A stretch of DNA of 64,000 nucleotides from Neodothiora populina (taxonomy: Eukaryota). The notes beneath the pieces are model-generated. The model was not told where the DNA came from. It searched no databases and saw only the letters and a list, made by a program, of their open reading frames with translations. Below, in pieces: positions 25,121 to 37,845 of the stretch (position 1 is its first letter; each line of letters starts with the position of its first letter). The stretch covers positions 1 to 64,000 of the forward strand of contig NW_027191405.1 of assembly GCF_041146345.1 (NCBI RefSeq), in the 5' to 3' direction. The translations under genes were made by a program, and so were the position numbers.

Positions 25121-27230
25121 ATGAATCATTCTCTCCGTATCACAGTGCTTGCCCTAGCTTTCCGCCATTTCGCAGAAGCGGCACCAGCGCTGTGACCAAG
25201 ACACTCATCTCCCAGCAACGTTGCCTACACAAACCCGGGAAGTGCAACTTATGACTACGTGATAGTCGGTGGAGGTACCGCTGGCTTGCTCATGGCTGCG
25301 AGGTTGTCTGAAGACCCATCGAATTCAGTAGCGGTGATCGAGGCTGGTGACTATCATGAGTCGTATGGAAATTCCAGTGATATACCCCTCTTCGATTCTT
25401 TGTGGACTGGGACAGACCCCAGCGACAGTGTCCCAGATATCGACTGGGGCTTTGTCACTACTCCTCAATTGGTGAGTCGTTGGGGCTTCATGGTTCGAGA
25501 CTCGCGTGTCAACCTTTGGTGTCCTATGGAAGGACGCCTTCTTTTTCACGGTATTGCTGATGTTTTCCAAGGGGGCACTGAACGCATCAGTCCACTATGC
25601 TCGGGGCAAATGCCTTGGAGGTAGTAGTGCCTGCAACTACGTGGGTACCCCAAGAGGGACAAAAGACTCGTATGCGAAATGGGCCGATATGGTTGGCGAC
25701 CAGAGCTACACATTCATAGGACTTCTGCCATACTTCGAGAAAAGTTTGAACTTCACACCTCCAGATATGGTCAATAGAGCTGCGAATACAACGCCTCAGT
25801 ATGATCAAAGTAGTCTCGGGAGGGGAGGCGGTCCGCTTTCCATCACATTCCCCAATTACGCCATGGCGATGTCGTCTTACGTCCAGAAAGGTATGCAGGA
25901 GCTCAGCACCAGGGCGATCAATGGCTTGACCAGCGGCGCACTCGTTGGATCTTCCTATGTCATCGCAACACTCCAATCGCCATCACAAAGGCGCGAATCG
26001 TCCCAGACAGCATTTCTAACTCCGGCAGGAAACAGGTCTAATCTGAAGGTCTACCCATTGACCCTGGGTAAGAAGATTGTCTTCGACTCGGCGAAGCGTG
26101 CAACAGGCGTTGTTATTACCACTGGGACTAAATAGTACACTGTGTCAGCCAGGAGAGAAGTGATTATCTCTGTGGGAGTCTTCTAGTCTCCCCAATTATT
26201 GATGGTCTCGGGGATTGGTCCCGCTGTGGCTCTGGCGAAACACAACATTCCTATAGTCACGAACAGACCTGGTGTAGGCCAGAACATGCAGGTAAGATGG
26301 AATTTGAATGCGCCGATTCGAGGAAACACGCAATAATATACAGGATCATGTTCTCATGGGACCGAGTTACCGTGTGAACGCCATTACGGGCTTTTCGCTA
26401 GCAGATGCCCAATTTGCCATCCAAACTGCCGAGGAATTTGACACCCAACATGTTGGTTTTCTTACTAGCCCAGGAGGCGACTTCGGTGGGTGGGAGAAGC
26501 TACCCCAAGGCCTCCGCAGGACGCTTTCTGCAAATTCGCAGAAGACCCTCAAGGCTCTGCCAGCCGACTGGCCCGAGATAGGATTTCTCAGTATTGGTGG
26601 CTATCTCGGTTACCAGCAGGGCTGATGGGTGTGACTACACGACCATCGCAATGGCACTCCAAGCACCACAGTCACGCGGGACTGTTGACATCAGCAGTGG
26701 TGATATGTCTGACCCTCCACTCATCGATCCCCGTTGGCTCATGGACCCTATTGATCAAGAGGTGGCTGTTGCCGGATACAGGAGGGCTCGAGAGATCTCC
26801 AAAACTAATGCTATATCACCTGCTCTTATTGTAGATGAGGCGTTCCCTGGGAAGAATATATGTGCAGATTGTCTCCGAAGACGAGATGCGATATTAATGG
26901 AAAATTACAGGTCACGACTGATGCTGAAATCCTCCTCATGATTCAGCAGTCTGTCTCGACAGTGGTTCATGCGTCGGCAACCTGTGCAATGGGGAACCAC
27001 AGCAATTCCAATGCTGTAGTGGACTCACGTGCAAAGGTCATCGGGGTGACAGGTCTCCGGGTCGTAGACGTGAGCGCGTTCCCGTTCCTACCTCCGGGGC
27101 ACCCAACGGCGATAGTCTGTAAGTGCTTTGCTCGAGTCACGAATGTGCAACCATCATTCTTTTGTGAGGACAAGCTGACGATCTTGCAGATACTTTGGCA
27201 GAGAAGATTGCTTGTGATATATTGGGCGAG
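25121..27230 (+). pseudogene. Secreted GMC oxidoreductase (aryl-alcohol/choline dehydrogenase-like) pseudogene
   Basis: YDYVIVGGGTAG, IEAG, ARGKCLGGSS, GVGQNMQDH, HASATCAMG and GLRVVDVS motifs. In-frame stops at 25193 (TGA), 26133 (TAG) and ~26184 (TAG, in [13 protein letters not shown]), plus a frame break near 26620. Confidence 0.88.
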
Positions 27231-28098
27231 AATCGTGGAAACGGTCATTCCAAGAGACAAGCTTTGCGTAGCTTGATTGAGAACCTGCTCGCGATGCCTA
27301 AGAGCCTATATCGTTCATGAGGACTTGACTGTTACGCAACAGAGGAACCTGGAGGAGTTTTGTATAAGACACGCGAGACGAGTGCGTATCTTATCAATCA
27401 GATGCAAAGTACAAGGATACCAACGTGAGCAATGTGTAGCTTTTGCTAGAAGCGGCAAGAGTATCGCTTGTCGTACAGAGGGGCATTGTGAGCAGACCAG
27501 ATGAATTAATTAAGCGACCCATACAAGAGACTGTCATCTCTTAACATGTCTGCTGTCTACATGGGCTGGATGACCTTCTCGGTGTTATGTGTACTGCCTA
27601 CGAGTTGTTTGAACATTTTCAAAGCAGTCGCGCGTTATGTTACTGGCCGAGCCAAATCAAGAACTGTGGATGCTCTATCAGCTGTCCTCGGCAGACATGT
27701 TGATGGAGATGAGCGGTAAATTATGGCCGTCAGGTTGAGCCCAGGTAAGGTAGCAATCTGGACACCAATCTCATGGCACAGGGTAACCCACCACACTCGG
27801 AGTTGAGCCCACCAAGCGAGGATATAGTCAAACCCACCAAGCTAAAAGCTGAGCCCACCATACTTGGCGCCAAGACTTCGCTTGGCATGGTGGGAAAGGA
27901 ATTGACATGTCTGCCTCATCTCGCCTCTAATCACTGGCTCAATTTATGTTCGGCTTGACAGACCTACTGGATGATCATCGTTCAGGTAGTGTCGCACAAG
28001 TATGACAAGGGAATAGCATTTAGTATGACAAACGTACCATGGTTGATACACTCTGACTACGTAGACTTGGAGAAGCCCTCCTCCCTCCCTATCTGTCC

Positions 28099-29342
28099 TC
28101 AGTTGACCAGAACATATCTGAAGCGTGCCAAGCCCTTGTCCATATCCTTTACCACCTCGTTGGCATCGGTCATGTTGCGTTCCTGAATATGAGGATGTAT
28201 ATCATGCTTGACGGCAAAATCAAGCATCTCGCGGATCTGATCAGGTGGCCCAATGAGTGAGCCGCTCAGGGTAAGCCTTTTGAGGATGATCGAGAACATG
28301 TTAATTGGAGGCAAAGCAGGCGCGCCGAGCTGGACGAAAGCACCATTGGTACGGAGAAGGCTCAAGAAACCGTCGAGTGGTACCTGCGGTGCGCTGACTG
28401 TGCAGATGATAATGTCGAGCGTACTGGCGTGCTTGGTCTCCCACTCGCTGTCCTCATCAGTCGATATGTAGTCTGTTGCACCTAGCTTGAGCATGTCGGC
28501 TGTCTTGGCCGTGCCACGCGACAGAGCATCGACTTTTTCGGCGTCGAGTGCTTTCGCAAGAGGATGCCAAAATGACCGAGGCCGCCGGCACCGACGATGC
28601 CGACGTTCTTGCCAGGCCCACAATTGAAGCGTTTCAAAAGGGCGTAGAGGGTCATGCCACCGCACAGCATGGGCGCAGCTTCAGCTGGCCACATACCCTG
28701 GGGGATCGCAAAGACCCAAGCCGATGGCCCGCGCCAGAAACTAGCAAAGCCTCCGTACGTCTTCTGGCCATCTGGGTAACGGCTTCCATATGTACCGATC
28801 AGCTTCGGGCAGAAGTTCTGTTTGCCTGAAGAACAGGCGTCACAGTCGGAGCACGCTTTCGAACTTGTCAACGATTTTCTAGAAGTGTTGATGAAATCGT
28901 GGCAGAGGAGTATACACTTACAGCCGATCTGAGAGCCAACGCCCCCGGTATCTCCGGTCTTGAAACCACCAACGGCTCTGCTGCCGACTTGAGTGACTTT
29001 GCAATGATTCTACCATACCTTGTTAGCCGATAGCCGCCAAGAGAAGATCGTGAAGGAGACGATACTCATGGCCAGGACAGCAAGAAAAGTCTGTAGGAAA
29101 TAAGCCGCTTCTGAGCGAGTGGACGTCGGTGCCGCAAATTCTTGTCGTTGGCAACATTCAGCATGCTACTAAAGATAGATATCTACCATCAAATACTGTT
29201 GGAGAGACGTAACACAGTGCGTGATTTGTATGTCGATGTCAGTATCGTCGAACCTCTTCGGCTCGAACTGCTGCCATATCATCCCACCAACGCCAGTTTC
29301 TTTGTCGAATCCGAACCAGCCCTCGAACTTCGTGGTAGTCAT
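28099..29342 (-). pseudogene. NADP-dependent Zn alcohol dehydrogenase (ADH6/cinnamyl-ADH type), frameshifted
   Basis: MTTTKFEGW start, ICGTDVH, PGHE, CSDCDAC..NFC, AAPMLCGG, GAGGLGHFG, then a -1 frameshift at ~28559, LSGSLIG and RFRYVLVN end. Further disruptions lie in the 5' exons. Confidence 0.8.
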
Positions 29343-31043
29343 GATTTCCTGGGAAGTTTTTGCAATTCTTGAGTTTTGTTAACCTCTGGCCTTAGGATGT
29401 CTGGTTTGCTGAGGAGCGAGCTGATACGATGACTGTACTTGACTACTCTTAAATAGTATACGTGTATCCTTCTCTCCTCTTTGATCGTGACAGAGATGAC
29501 CAAACTGTGGGTGCTAGAGGCAAGAGGCACTGATGGATTTCTAAGCACAAATACGACGACGCAAACATGGCGTCAGTGATGCAGCCACAAAGGCAAGTGC
29601 CAGATCGTTGGCGCCTTGAACAGACGTAAATTGAGGAATGGGGATCAGGGCCCCACACTCGGTAAATTGGTTCGAACCACTTGATGATCGAATATCAAAG
29701 CTGATAGTCCTGGAACCCTTATTCTCCAGATGTTGTAGGCACTACTAGCTGAAATCCCTTGGTGAGGATCCGGAACTCGGCCAAGGGTGGAACACTGCTG
29801 CTGATTGAATTCCACTTCTGTGCATGTTCATGATCTGTTGGCACCAAGCACACAACGCATCCTTGGATCGCCCAGCTCCGTGTGACCTGTGTTCCGTGAT
29901 AGTGGAAGGAATCCGTAGGATTGTGGACATGGAACAATAGCATGGCATGCACTGCAAACGCTTGCAGAATTCCTCGTGATCTGACTCAATCAGATCAGCC
30001 ATATTATTCGCGCAGTCTTGCAGATATGAATCACATAACGACGCTTTGCCAGGCATCGAAAACCCCATGAGTAAGGCAAATGCGGTAGACTGCACTCAAT
30101 TGTATGTCTTGCGCGACGGTGCGGCCCAGAAACCTCGACCCCGCATCTGTAAGGGTTTTTGTCTGCAGGCATGTGGCCTAAATGGTTTAATCGCTGGCCC
30201 TTTGCAGAACAAGCTTTCTGCACACACGGTGCAAAGACTGTCAGTTGGATCTATTTGCTGTAGCTCGCAGTCCAGATATCCAAGCAAGACTCTTTTGACC
30301 GCAATGTAAGGACTGTCCAGTATCAGACACACCTGACTGGTGATAGTGGGATGCCTTGCGATAATACTGCAGTAGGGTGTCGTGGCCCCCAATACTACGT
30401 TTGCGCCCAGCCGAAGCCACAAACAATTATCCTGCCAAATTACAGATGCCTCTCAGACTGGGAAGGTTCCACCGATCCACTGCCATTATCGCCATCTGGT
30501 AGGCGGCCAAACCTAAATGGCCCCTTCCAGGGCAGGTGGAGGTGATTGCATCATTGCAGAGAAAGTCTTTCTTTGTCTGACGCCTCCGAACACTCACAGT
30601 CGCGATCAAGTTTTCAGATTGATCCAGTTCATCCGTTCCGGGTCATAGCCACGCGTTAGCTCAATAGCACATGAGAAATTCCCTATTGACCACAAAGTGA
30701 TCTACAGCAAGTCACGAACTGGATCACGATTCACAGTGGTCCCAGACAAGATGACCCGATGATCGCCAGATTACAGCAGGAGCGCCCCATCCAGAGCTCA
30801 GCTCTACGTATTAGGCTTCCACTTCTGGCCTATAACACAGCTAAGAGGCCATCTTCCTGCCCGCCTGAGACTTGTATGGTAGAGACCACCGACCTGTTCT
30901 AGGTTTCACTCGGGCACGGTCACGATAATCCGTTATGGATGCACTACACCGTTCGTTTGTCGATTTTATTTACATTGAATTCATGAGTCTTGCATGAATA
31001 TTGGTCTACAAGGTCTTTTTCGAGAGTGATATATATTTCATAA

Positions 31044-31352
31044 ATGCCGACTAGGCTTATGGGTAGTTCTAAACGAATCGGGGATGTCGCGCAGATTCGA
31101 GAGGAAAATTTGGCACACATTCAAGATGTCACACAGCGCAAGAAACTTCAGAATCGCATTGCTCAAAGGGCATATCGTGAGGTCAATGATGGTGCTAAAA
31201 CGACAATACATCTCTGATCTGTTATAGGGAAACGATTAAAATCGTGTATGGAAGAACTCGAGAGTTTCAGGAAGATCACGACTGCAGCGCAGATATCTGA
31301 AAACGACCCTATCTCGCATGAGCAGGACATCACAATCGTCAACAAGCAGTAA
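31044..31352 (+). pseudogene. Truncated bZIP transcription factor; intron 31177-31227
   Basis: Not in the ORF track. Hand splicing gives ...EENLAHIQDVTQRKKLQNRIAQRAY|RKRLKSCMEELE..., a typical fungal bZIP basic region, followed by TAA at 31350-31352. Confidence 0.7.
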
Positions 31353-32240
31353 GATCGATCTAATTCGGTTCAAACAGTTTCAACACCACTCACATCATCG
31401 CCACATGGTCTGCAAAGGCAATGCGCCTCTTTAGGCAGTTACCCCATCGATTCTTTCCCCGACACTAATACAGACACAACGGCTTCCCAACCCTGCTTTT
31501 CCGGGTACAGCACGGCGCCAGTGACACCACTGATAGACATACCTTACAGCGCACTCAATAGTCTCGAAATTCTCCTAAGTGACTACTCTCGTCCAGAGCT
31601 ACAGGCCGCGTTGCTTGGACTGAGCGGGGACCTACTCTCAACATTGACGCCGATCGAACGTGTGAACGCTTTGGAGATAATAATGGGGGCGCTCCGGAAC
31701 ATGTGAGTTTGATTGAAGCCAGAAGATGTAGCATCCCGAAATGCTGAGAAGTGGCTACTCGTATCTATGGTTTTAGAATTGCTGACTTATCCTACCGTAC
31801 AGTTTCATTCTGGTTCATGCAGCCGCCGCTCTTGGCGTTGTGGCTTCGCTGGGATTGAGGGTGAGTGGTTGTTGCGGAAGCAAGAGCTATTGGTTGATAT
31901 GCTGACAAAGTATAGCGTGTCAAAATGGCGCTGGCCCCTCCAATGTGATCCGATGAGATGAGTGTTGCCACTCGCTAGCACTAATGCGAGGATACTCTAT
32001 CTAATCAAAATCTAAGTCTTCGAGCCCGCGATAAAGTGGTCATTTTACAGTTAGGACACGGTAATGGCAGCCCTGTCCTACGAAGGACTTACGGTGAAAG
32101 CGAGATTACGATTTCACAGAGACAGTCTCTCGATCAAGGGAAAATACGTCTTCCTAATTTATGCATCTTGTTCTCTCCACAGTGTCCTTGTCTGTATATA
32201 ATCGTTGATGTTGGCCCCGACGGGGACGGGACCGAGTACT

Positions 32241-33713
32241 CTAGGTAAAGTACCTCCATCCTATATCATCTTGTCCATTGACAGTAGCGCTCGTATCGAC
32301 TGTTTCCGATCTCGTACTACGACCCTGAACTTTGTCTCGACGTTTGTTCTCCAACTTCATCCACATACCCAAGCATAGTGTTGCGATGATACAGGTCACG
32401 TTACAAGCACATGTAGTGATGAGGGTAGGTCTGTATGCCGGCGCATATTCTGTCCTGAACGTCGCTGTGCTCAAAATGCCCGCCAGATTTCCAAGTCCGA
32501 CAAGAACACCAGTCGTGGCAGCTCTGGAGCTTTCGTTAACATTGTTATTGTTGTGCCAAGAATGGACTAGACACGAGGGGATATATGCTCCAGCACACAT
32601 TAAGAAGCATGCAACATATGCAGCAGCTTTGTGCGTCAGGACATCTATTGTCGCCAACACTATCATGCCGGAGAGCGAGATGCATAGTGCTAGGACGATA
32701 TGAAAAGTACGCTCTCGAAAGTAATCGGAAGATTTCGTGACGCACAGTAGAACAACAAATCCTACACTGTTAGGCGCGACGGTCCACAGATTGGTCTTCA
32801 CAGCCGAAAAGCCCAGTCGAGCAACGATTTGAGGTAGAAACGTCGCGGTGGTTGTGAAGGCGACAGGATAAGTAAATGAGATGATACACCACAGTGCGAA
32901 CTTCCAATCTCCCCAGTGTTGGAAACAGGCGCGGAAGCTGAACTTGGTTCCAACTTCCGAAGATCCATCTCGAAGCATGCGTGTTCTCGCGACCTGTCTT
33001 TCCGCATCCTTGAGGAACCATGCCGACTCTGGTGTAGCTGGCAGCCAAAAGTAGGCCACAACAGCGATAATGACTGTTAGGCCACCTTCGATGATGAACA
33101 GAAGTTGCCAGCCCTGGACATGTGGGTCGTGTGTCTGGAAGACGCCGTATGATATGAGACCCGAGAATGCGGACGCGAGCAATGCTGATCCGAAGTATAT
33201 GGCAATGCGGAATCCAAGCTCTCCGCGGGTATAAAAGAGAGATAGATAGAAGATAGTGCCAGCAAAGAACCCTGCCTCGAACGCTCCAAGGATCAGTCTG
33301 ACTGCGAGGAGGCCACCAAAACTCGTTGGCGCGCACTGAATTAGAGCCATAGACCCCCAACCAAGCATAAAGGTTGGTAGCATTACTCGTCCAGAGAAGC
33401 GCTTAGTGAGCATATTAAGAGGAAGATCTAGGAGTCCATTTGGTATGTAGAACAGCAGGAGCAGTAGCGAGTACTCGTTACCGACAAAATTTAGGTCTTT
33501 GTCTATGCCGTCTGTTTTCGCATTTCCAAGATTGCTTCGATCGATAGAATTGAAAAAGTACATGATGGAAAGAAAAGGTAACAAATAGAAGTCGACTTTT
33601 CGCACATATGCTCGGTCAACGGCGATGTGGAAATCTGCGACTTGAACAACACCTGTCTCGGTGTCGGCCTGCCATACGACGGCATCTTGTTTACTGGGTT
33701 TTTCACTCTCCAT
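32241..33713 (-). CDS. MFS transporter, Dal5/Tna1 (allantoate/nicotinate permease, ACS) family
   Basis: 490-aa intronless ORF with RKVDFYLLP, IDRSNLGNAK, RLILGAFEAGF, FYTRGELGFR, GWQLLFIIEG and about 12 hydrophobic segments. Confidence 0.92.
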   Translation of the reverse strand: MESEKPSKQDAVVWQADTETGVVQVADFHIAVDRAYVRKVDFYLLPFLSIMYFFNSIDRSNLGNAKTDGIDKDLNFVGNEYSLLLLLFYIPNGLLDLPLNMLTKRFSGRVMLPTFMLGWGSMALIQCAPTSFGGLLAVRLILGAFEAGFFAGTIFYLSLFYTRGELGFRIAIYFGSALLASAFSGLISYGVFQTHDPHVQGWQLLFIIEGGLTVIIAVVAYFWLPATPESAWFLKDAERQVARTRMLRDGSSEVGTKFSFRACFQHWGDWKFALWCIISFTYPVAFTTTATFLPQIVARLGFSAVKTNLWTVAPNSVGFVVLLCVTKSSDYFRERTFHIVLALCISLSGMIVLATIDVLTHKAAAYVACFLMCAGAYIPSCLVHSWHNNNNVNESSRAATTGVLVGLGNLAGILSTATFRTEYAPAYRPTLITTCACNVTCIIATLCLGMWMKLENKRRDKVQGRSTRSETVDTSATVNGQDDIGWRYFT

Positions 33714-34651
33714 CTCTCAAGTGTATTGCAATATATCCTGCATAACATATGCAAGAGTGTGCCATGCTGTGTTAAATGATTTATATAGCCCGGATGCCTA
33801 TCTCCACTCTTGCGACAAAGTCATACAGACTGATAGTGTCTTATCGTATATCTCCTGCAGGGTTGTCTCTTATCATTGGAGGATTCCAACGAGGGTCGTC
33901 CTTACACAAGCAGGGTACGGAGTAGATTAGGCACATCTCGGTAGAAGATGCCCCACCTGTACCAAGGTACTATGATATGGACGACGGCTGGCATACGCAC
34001 AGCGTCTGTTCTCGGATTATCTTGGTCAGCACTATGCTGCGTGTAAGAAAGATATCATCTGGCTCAGGACTCCCAGCACGTTCCTTTACACTGAGATGAA
34101 TAAATCAACGTAGCGTTGGAGGGGTCCTGTTACCATGCTCAACTGCTGTGGTGTTATCTGGCATGTATAAGCTACCCCACATAGGAGGTCCGAGGGGGCA
34201 AAAGTGGGGATATGCTGAGGACAAGTCCCAAAACATCTACCCATGCAACTGGTCGTACCTCACAAATACAATTGTCGCATGCTATGTTTTACACATGCTA
34301 ATGGTCGGCAATATCGAAGCCAGCATGAATATGACTGAGAAGTGTCGGTCTCTCAATACTCAAGATCTGTTTACTGCCAGGAAAATTTCGCCAAGAGGTA
34401 TTTCATGCTCGCTCTCGCGAGTGGCAAAAGCATCGAGTCGTCCAGGAGCGTGGTAATTGTTCTACTTCAGGCGACAGAGACTCACGATACAGCAGCCTGG
34501 ACTCTGCTGGGCCCCATAGGCTGCAACTCTGTCACGGCGATGATGCTGGCGGTTGCGACAGTGAGCATCGTAAAGACAAAATTGCGGTGTTGCTGAGGGC
34601 AAGTCACGAAGTAAAGTGTCGAGCATCATTCCGCGGTTCCTAGAAAGACGA

Positions 34652-34906
34652 GCCAGGCTCGACTACAAGTATCACGTTGGCCTTGTTTGGAAACACGTGC
34701 ATCGCTCAGAGAGACATGAGAGGTGCTCTGTCACTCATCCACAGTGTTGCTAAGAAGTCGACGGTTTTCTTGGAAGACTTGGAGAGGCGCTGTGGATCGT
34801 GTGTTGTGATTGGTCAGACCGAAGCCAAATCCGTCTTAGCCGCACACGTGGGGGTTCGAAGCTCTGTGACAGGGAGACTCGAGAGTTGCTTGGTAGATTC
34901 GCCAAG
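34652..34906. promoter_or_regulatory. Putative PHO-regulon E-boxes and PacC sites upstream of the phosphate symporter
   Basis: CACGTT at 34673, CACGTG at 34694 and 34845, GCCAGG at 34652 and GCCAAG at 34901, all within about 570 bp of the ATG. Confidence 0.55.
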
Positions 34907-35218
34907 TGGTGCCGAGACCCTGTCCTTCCTCTCGAGACACCACTTCTCTTGCTTTCTCTTCCTTGGCGAAAATGTAAAGGCGATCAATGAGCAAAATCAT
35001 AGGCATATCAGGCGTGTTCCAGTAGTTCTATGTGTAATACAGACGATTTGTATAGTCTTGGTATGCTCAGCCACTGAAAGGTTCTCGGAGCAGCAGAAGG
35101 ATGTGAGATGGACCTTATAAGTGAGGAATAGTCCTCGAGAGAAATGGCTCTTCCAACATCGGCAAGATTGTGAAGGAACATCATCCCTGAACATCTTGTT
35201 GCTATTCGATCGTTCACA

Positions 35219-37127
35219 ATGGCACTCGACCAGTACACCTACGTATTCGTTATCGGAACATTTTTTGCTCTGCTCGATGCTTTCAACAATGGCGCGAGTA
35301 AGTGCTGCAAGCCCGAGGTCATACCTACGGTGAATTATGGCGGATAACTGACATGTCAATTCTCGCAGACGATGTAGCCAACGCTTGGGCGACGAGTGTC
35401 TCGTCGAGATCGATATCATACCGACAAGCCATGATCTTTGGTACCATATTCGAAATGCTTGGAGCCATCACCGTTGGTGCCAGAACCGCTAGCACCATCA
35501 AGAATGGAATTATCCCCAACTCGGCTTTCCAAGACAATGCCGGAGTCCAGATGCTCGCATTCACATGCGCTCTAGCAGCTGCTTCTATATGGGTCATGTG
35601 GTGCACCAAGCACTCCGCTCACGTTTCATCGACCTACTCACTCATCTCAGCAGTAGCTGGTGTTGGTGTTGCGACAGTTGGAGCTTCCCAAGTCCAATGG
35701 GGATGGAATGGTGGCAAAGGCCTCGGTGCCATCTTTGCTGGTCTTGGTATGGCTCCTGCCATCTCCGCTGGGTTCGGAGCTACCATCTTCATGCTCATCA
35801 AACTTGTTGTACACGTGCGCAAGAACCCTGTCAAGTGGGCCGTGTACACTTCGCCCTTCTTCTTCCTTATAGCCGCTACCATCTGTACACTCTCGGTCGT
35901 CTACAAAGGCTCTCCTCGACTTGGATTGGGCCAGAAGCCGGCTTGGTATGTCGCATCTGTGACCATGGGAACAGGTGCAGGCGTCGCTGTTATGGCTGCC
36001 CTTTTCTTTGTTCCTTATGTACATGCGAAGGTCCTCAAGAAGGATTACACGGTCAAGTGGTGGATGTTCCTCCAAGGTCCCCTACTTTTCAGCCGTGTCC
36101 CTCCTGCCGATGCGGAGGTGGCCAAAGTACCTGATTATGCTGTTGTCCAGGATGATGAAAGTGAGCTTTCTTCGCCTCGGTCCAACAGCTCCGCCAGCAT
36201 CGAGCGAGGCCCAGAGTACGAGAAAAACCCTGCGACTACCACTACCATAGCTCCACAGAAGACCTACAAAGAGATTATGGCCGAGGGCGAGGATAAGCTC
36301 CGCCGAAAGCTCTTGCAGAAGAGTGGCCCTCTCGGCTGGGCTATGCGCACACTGGAGAAGAACCAGCTCGGCGCCGGTCAAATATATGAGCTACACAACA
36401 TCAAGATTATGGCCAAGCGTATTCCTGCGACCATTGTTTGCGGTGCTCTATATGGCCTTCACTATGACATTCATGCTGCCCAGAGCGGTATCGCTGGCAC
36501 TCCCGAGGGAAAACGGATGCAGCGCGTCTACGCTCACGCTACAAAGTATCCCAACGAAGTCGAGCACACTTATTCGTTCGTTCAAGTCCTTACTGCCTGC
36601 ACTGCGTCATTCGCGCACGGCGCCAACGATATTGGTAATTCTGTCGGTCCCTGGGCTGTGATCTACTCGGCTTGGTCCACTGGCAATGCTGCTGCGTCAA
36701 AAGCCCCGGTCCCTCTTTGGCAGATTGCTGTCCTCTCGGCAACTATCTCACTTGGACTCATCACATATGGCTACAACATCATGAAGGGTAAGTCAAGTCT
36801 CGATATATGCTTATGAAGCAACGCTGACTTTGCACAACAGTTATGGGTAATAAGATCACATACCACTCCCCGAGCAGAGGTTGCTCAATGGAAATGGGTG
36901 CCGCTATTACCGTCTTGGTCTTCTCTCAGTTCTCGCTCCCTGTCTCTACATCGATGTGTATTACCGGAGCTACTGTTGGAGTTGGCCTATGTAACGGAAC
37001 CCTCAAGGCTGTGAACTTCCAGCGAGTTGGCCTCCTTCTTCTCGCCTGGATCGCTACGATTCCGATCGCCGGCACTCTTGCTGGCGTTCTCATGGGTCTC
37101 TTTCTTAATGCGCCCCACTTTCTCTAA
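35219..37127 (+). CDS. pho89: Na+/phosphate symporter, PHO89/PiT family; introns 35298-35368 and 36788-36840
   Basis: Spliced MALDQYTYVF...NNGA|NDVANAWATSVSS, with HVSSTYS, FAHGANDIGN, SPSRG and LPVSTS...GATVGVGL PiT signature motifs. Confidence 0.93.
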
Positions 37128-37845
37128 GCTTGTGGTACACGCCGAAGTTTTATTAGCTTGAATAAGTCCTGTTTGATTGGAATTACATACACAGTCTCAA
37201 AAGTACATGATTTGGAACAATCTGGGAACATGTGGCTATGCACAAAATTGTTAATGATCCTGAATTTCAGAGTTCTTTTCCAAATCGTCCCTGCAGCACT
37301 CCTCTTTGCGTCCGACAATAGTGCCTTGTCTTCTATACTGTAAGTCAACAATCTGTGGGTTTCTAGTGGGCTTGGAGGTTCAATGCTCGATCCCATGAGT
37401 TGCCAGTCTCCGATAAGCGCACATTTGATAAGCCTAATTCATCTTCGCAGCCCATGCAAGATTGGTGGTTACCTTTCTTCCAGATGATTATAGACTGGGA
37501 GAACAAGATCATAAGATGATCCACACGCATCGCGTACATTACGGACAAGTCATCCGTCCCTCGGCAAGACTGAGATCTTCGCAGGACTACACACATTGAG
37601 TACGAAGCAAGTCGTCAGCCTGAACAGTGGACTAAGCAATTTCGTACCAGCGTATCATCAAGATCTTCACCACACTGGAGACATGAACTAAGATATAATC
37701 AGAGACATCACAAAAGTGGATGGAGTAAATACTAAAAAATGTGCAATTATAACTACCAGATTCTATCCTATTATGGTGACGATTTTTCCTTTCCTTTTTC
37801 TAGCATCGCATGTGAATATTTATACATGACAAGTCATGTCATTCT

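Noticed and set aside
29719..30609. Cluster of short overlapping ORFs
   Set aside because: No motifs or consistent splice structure.
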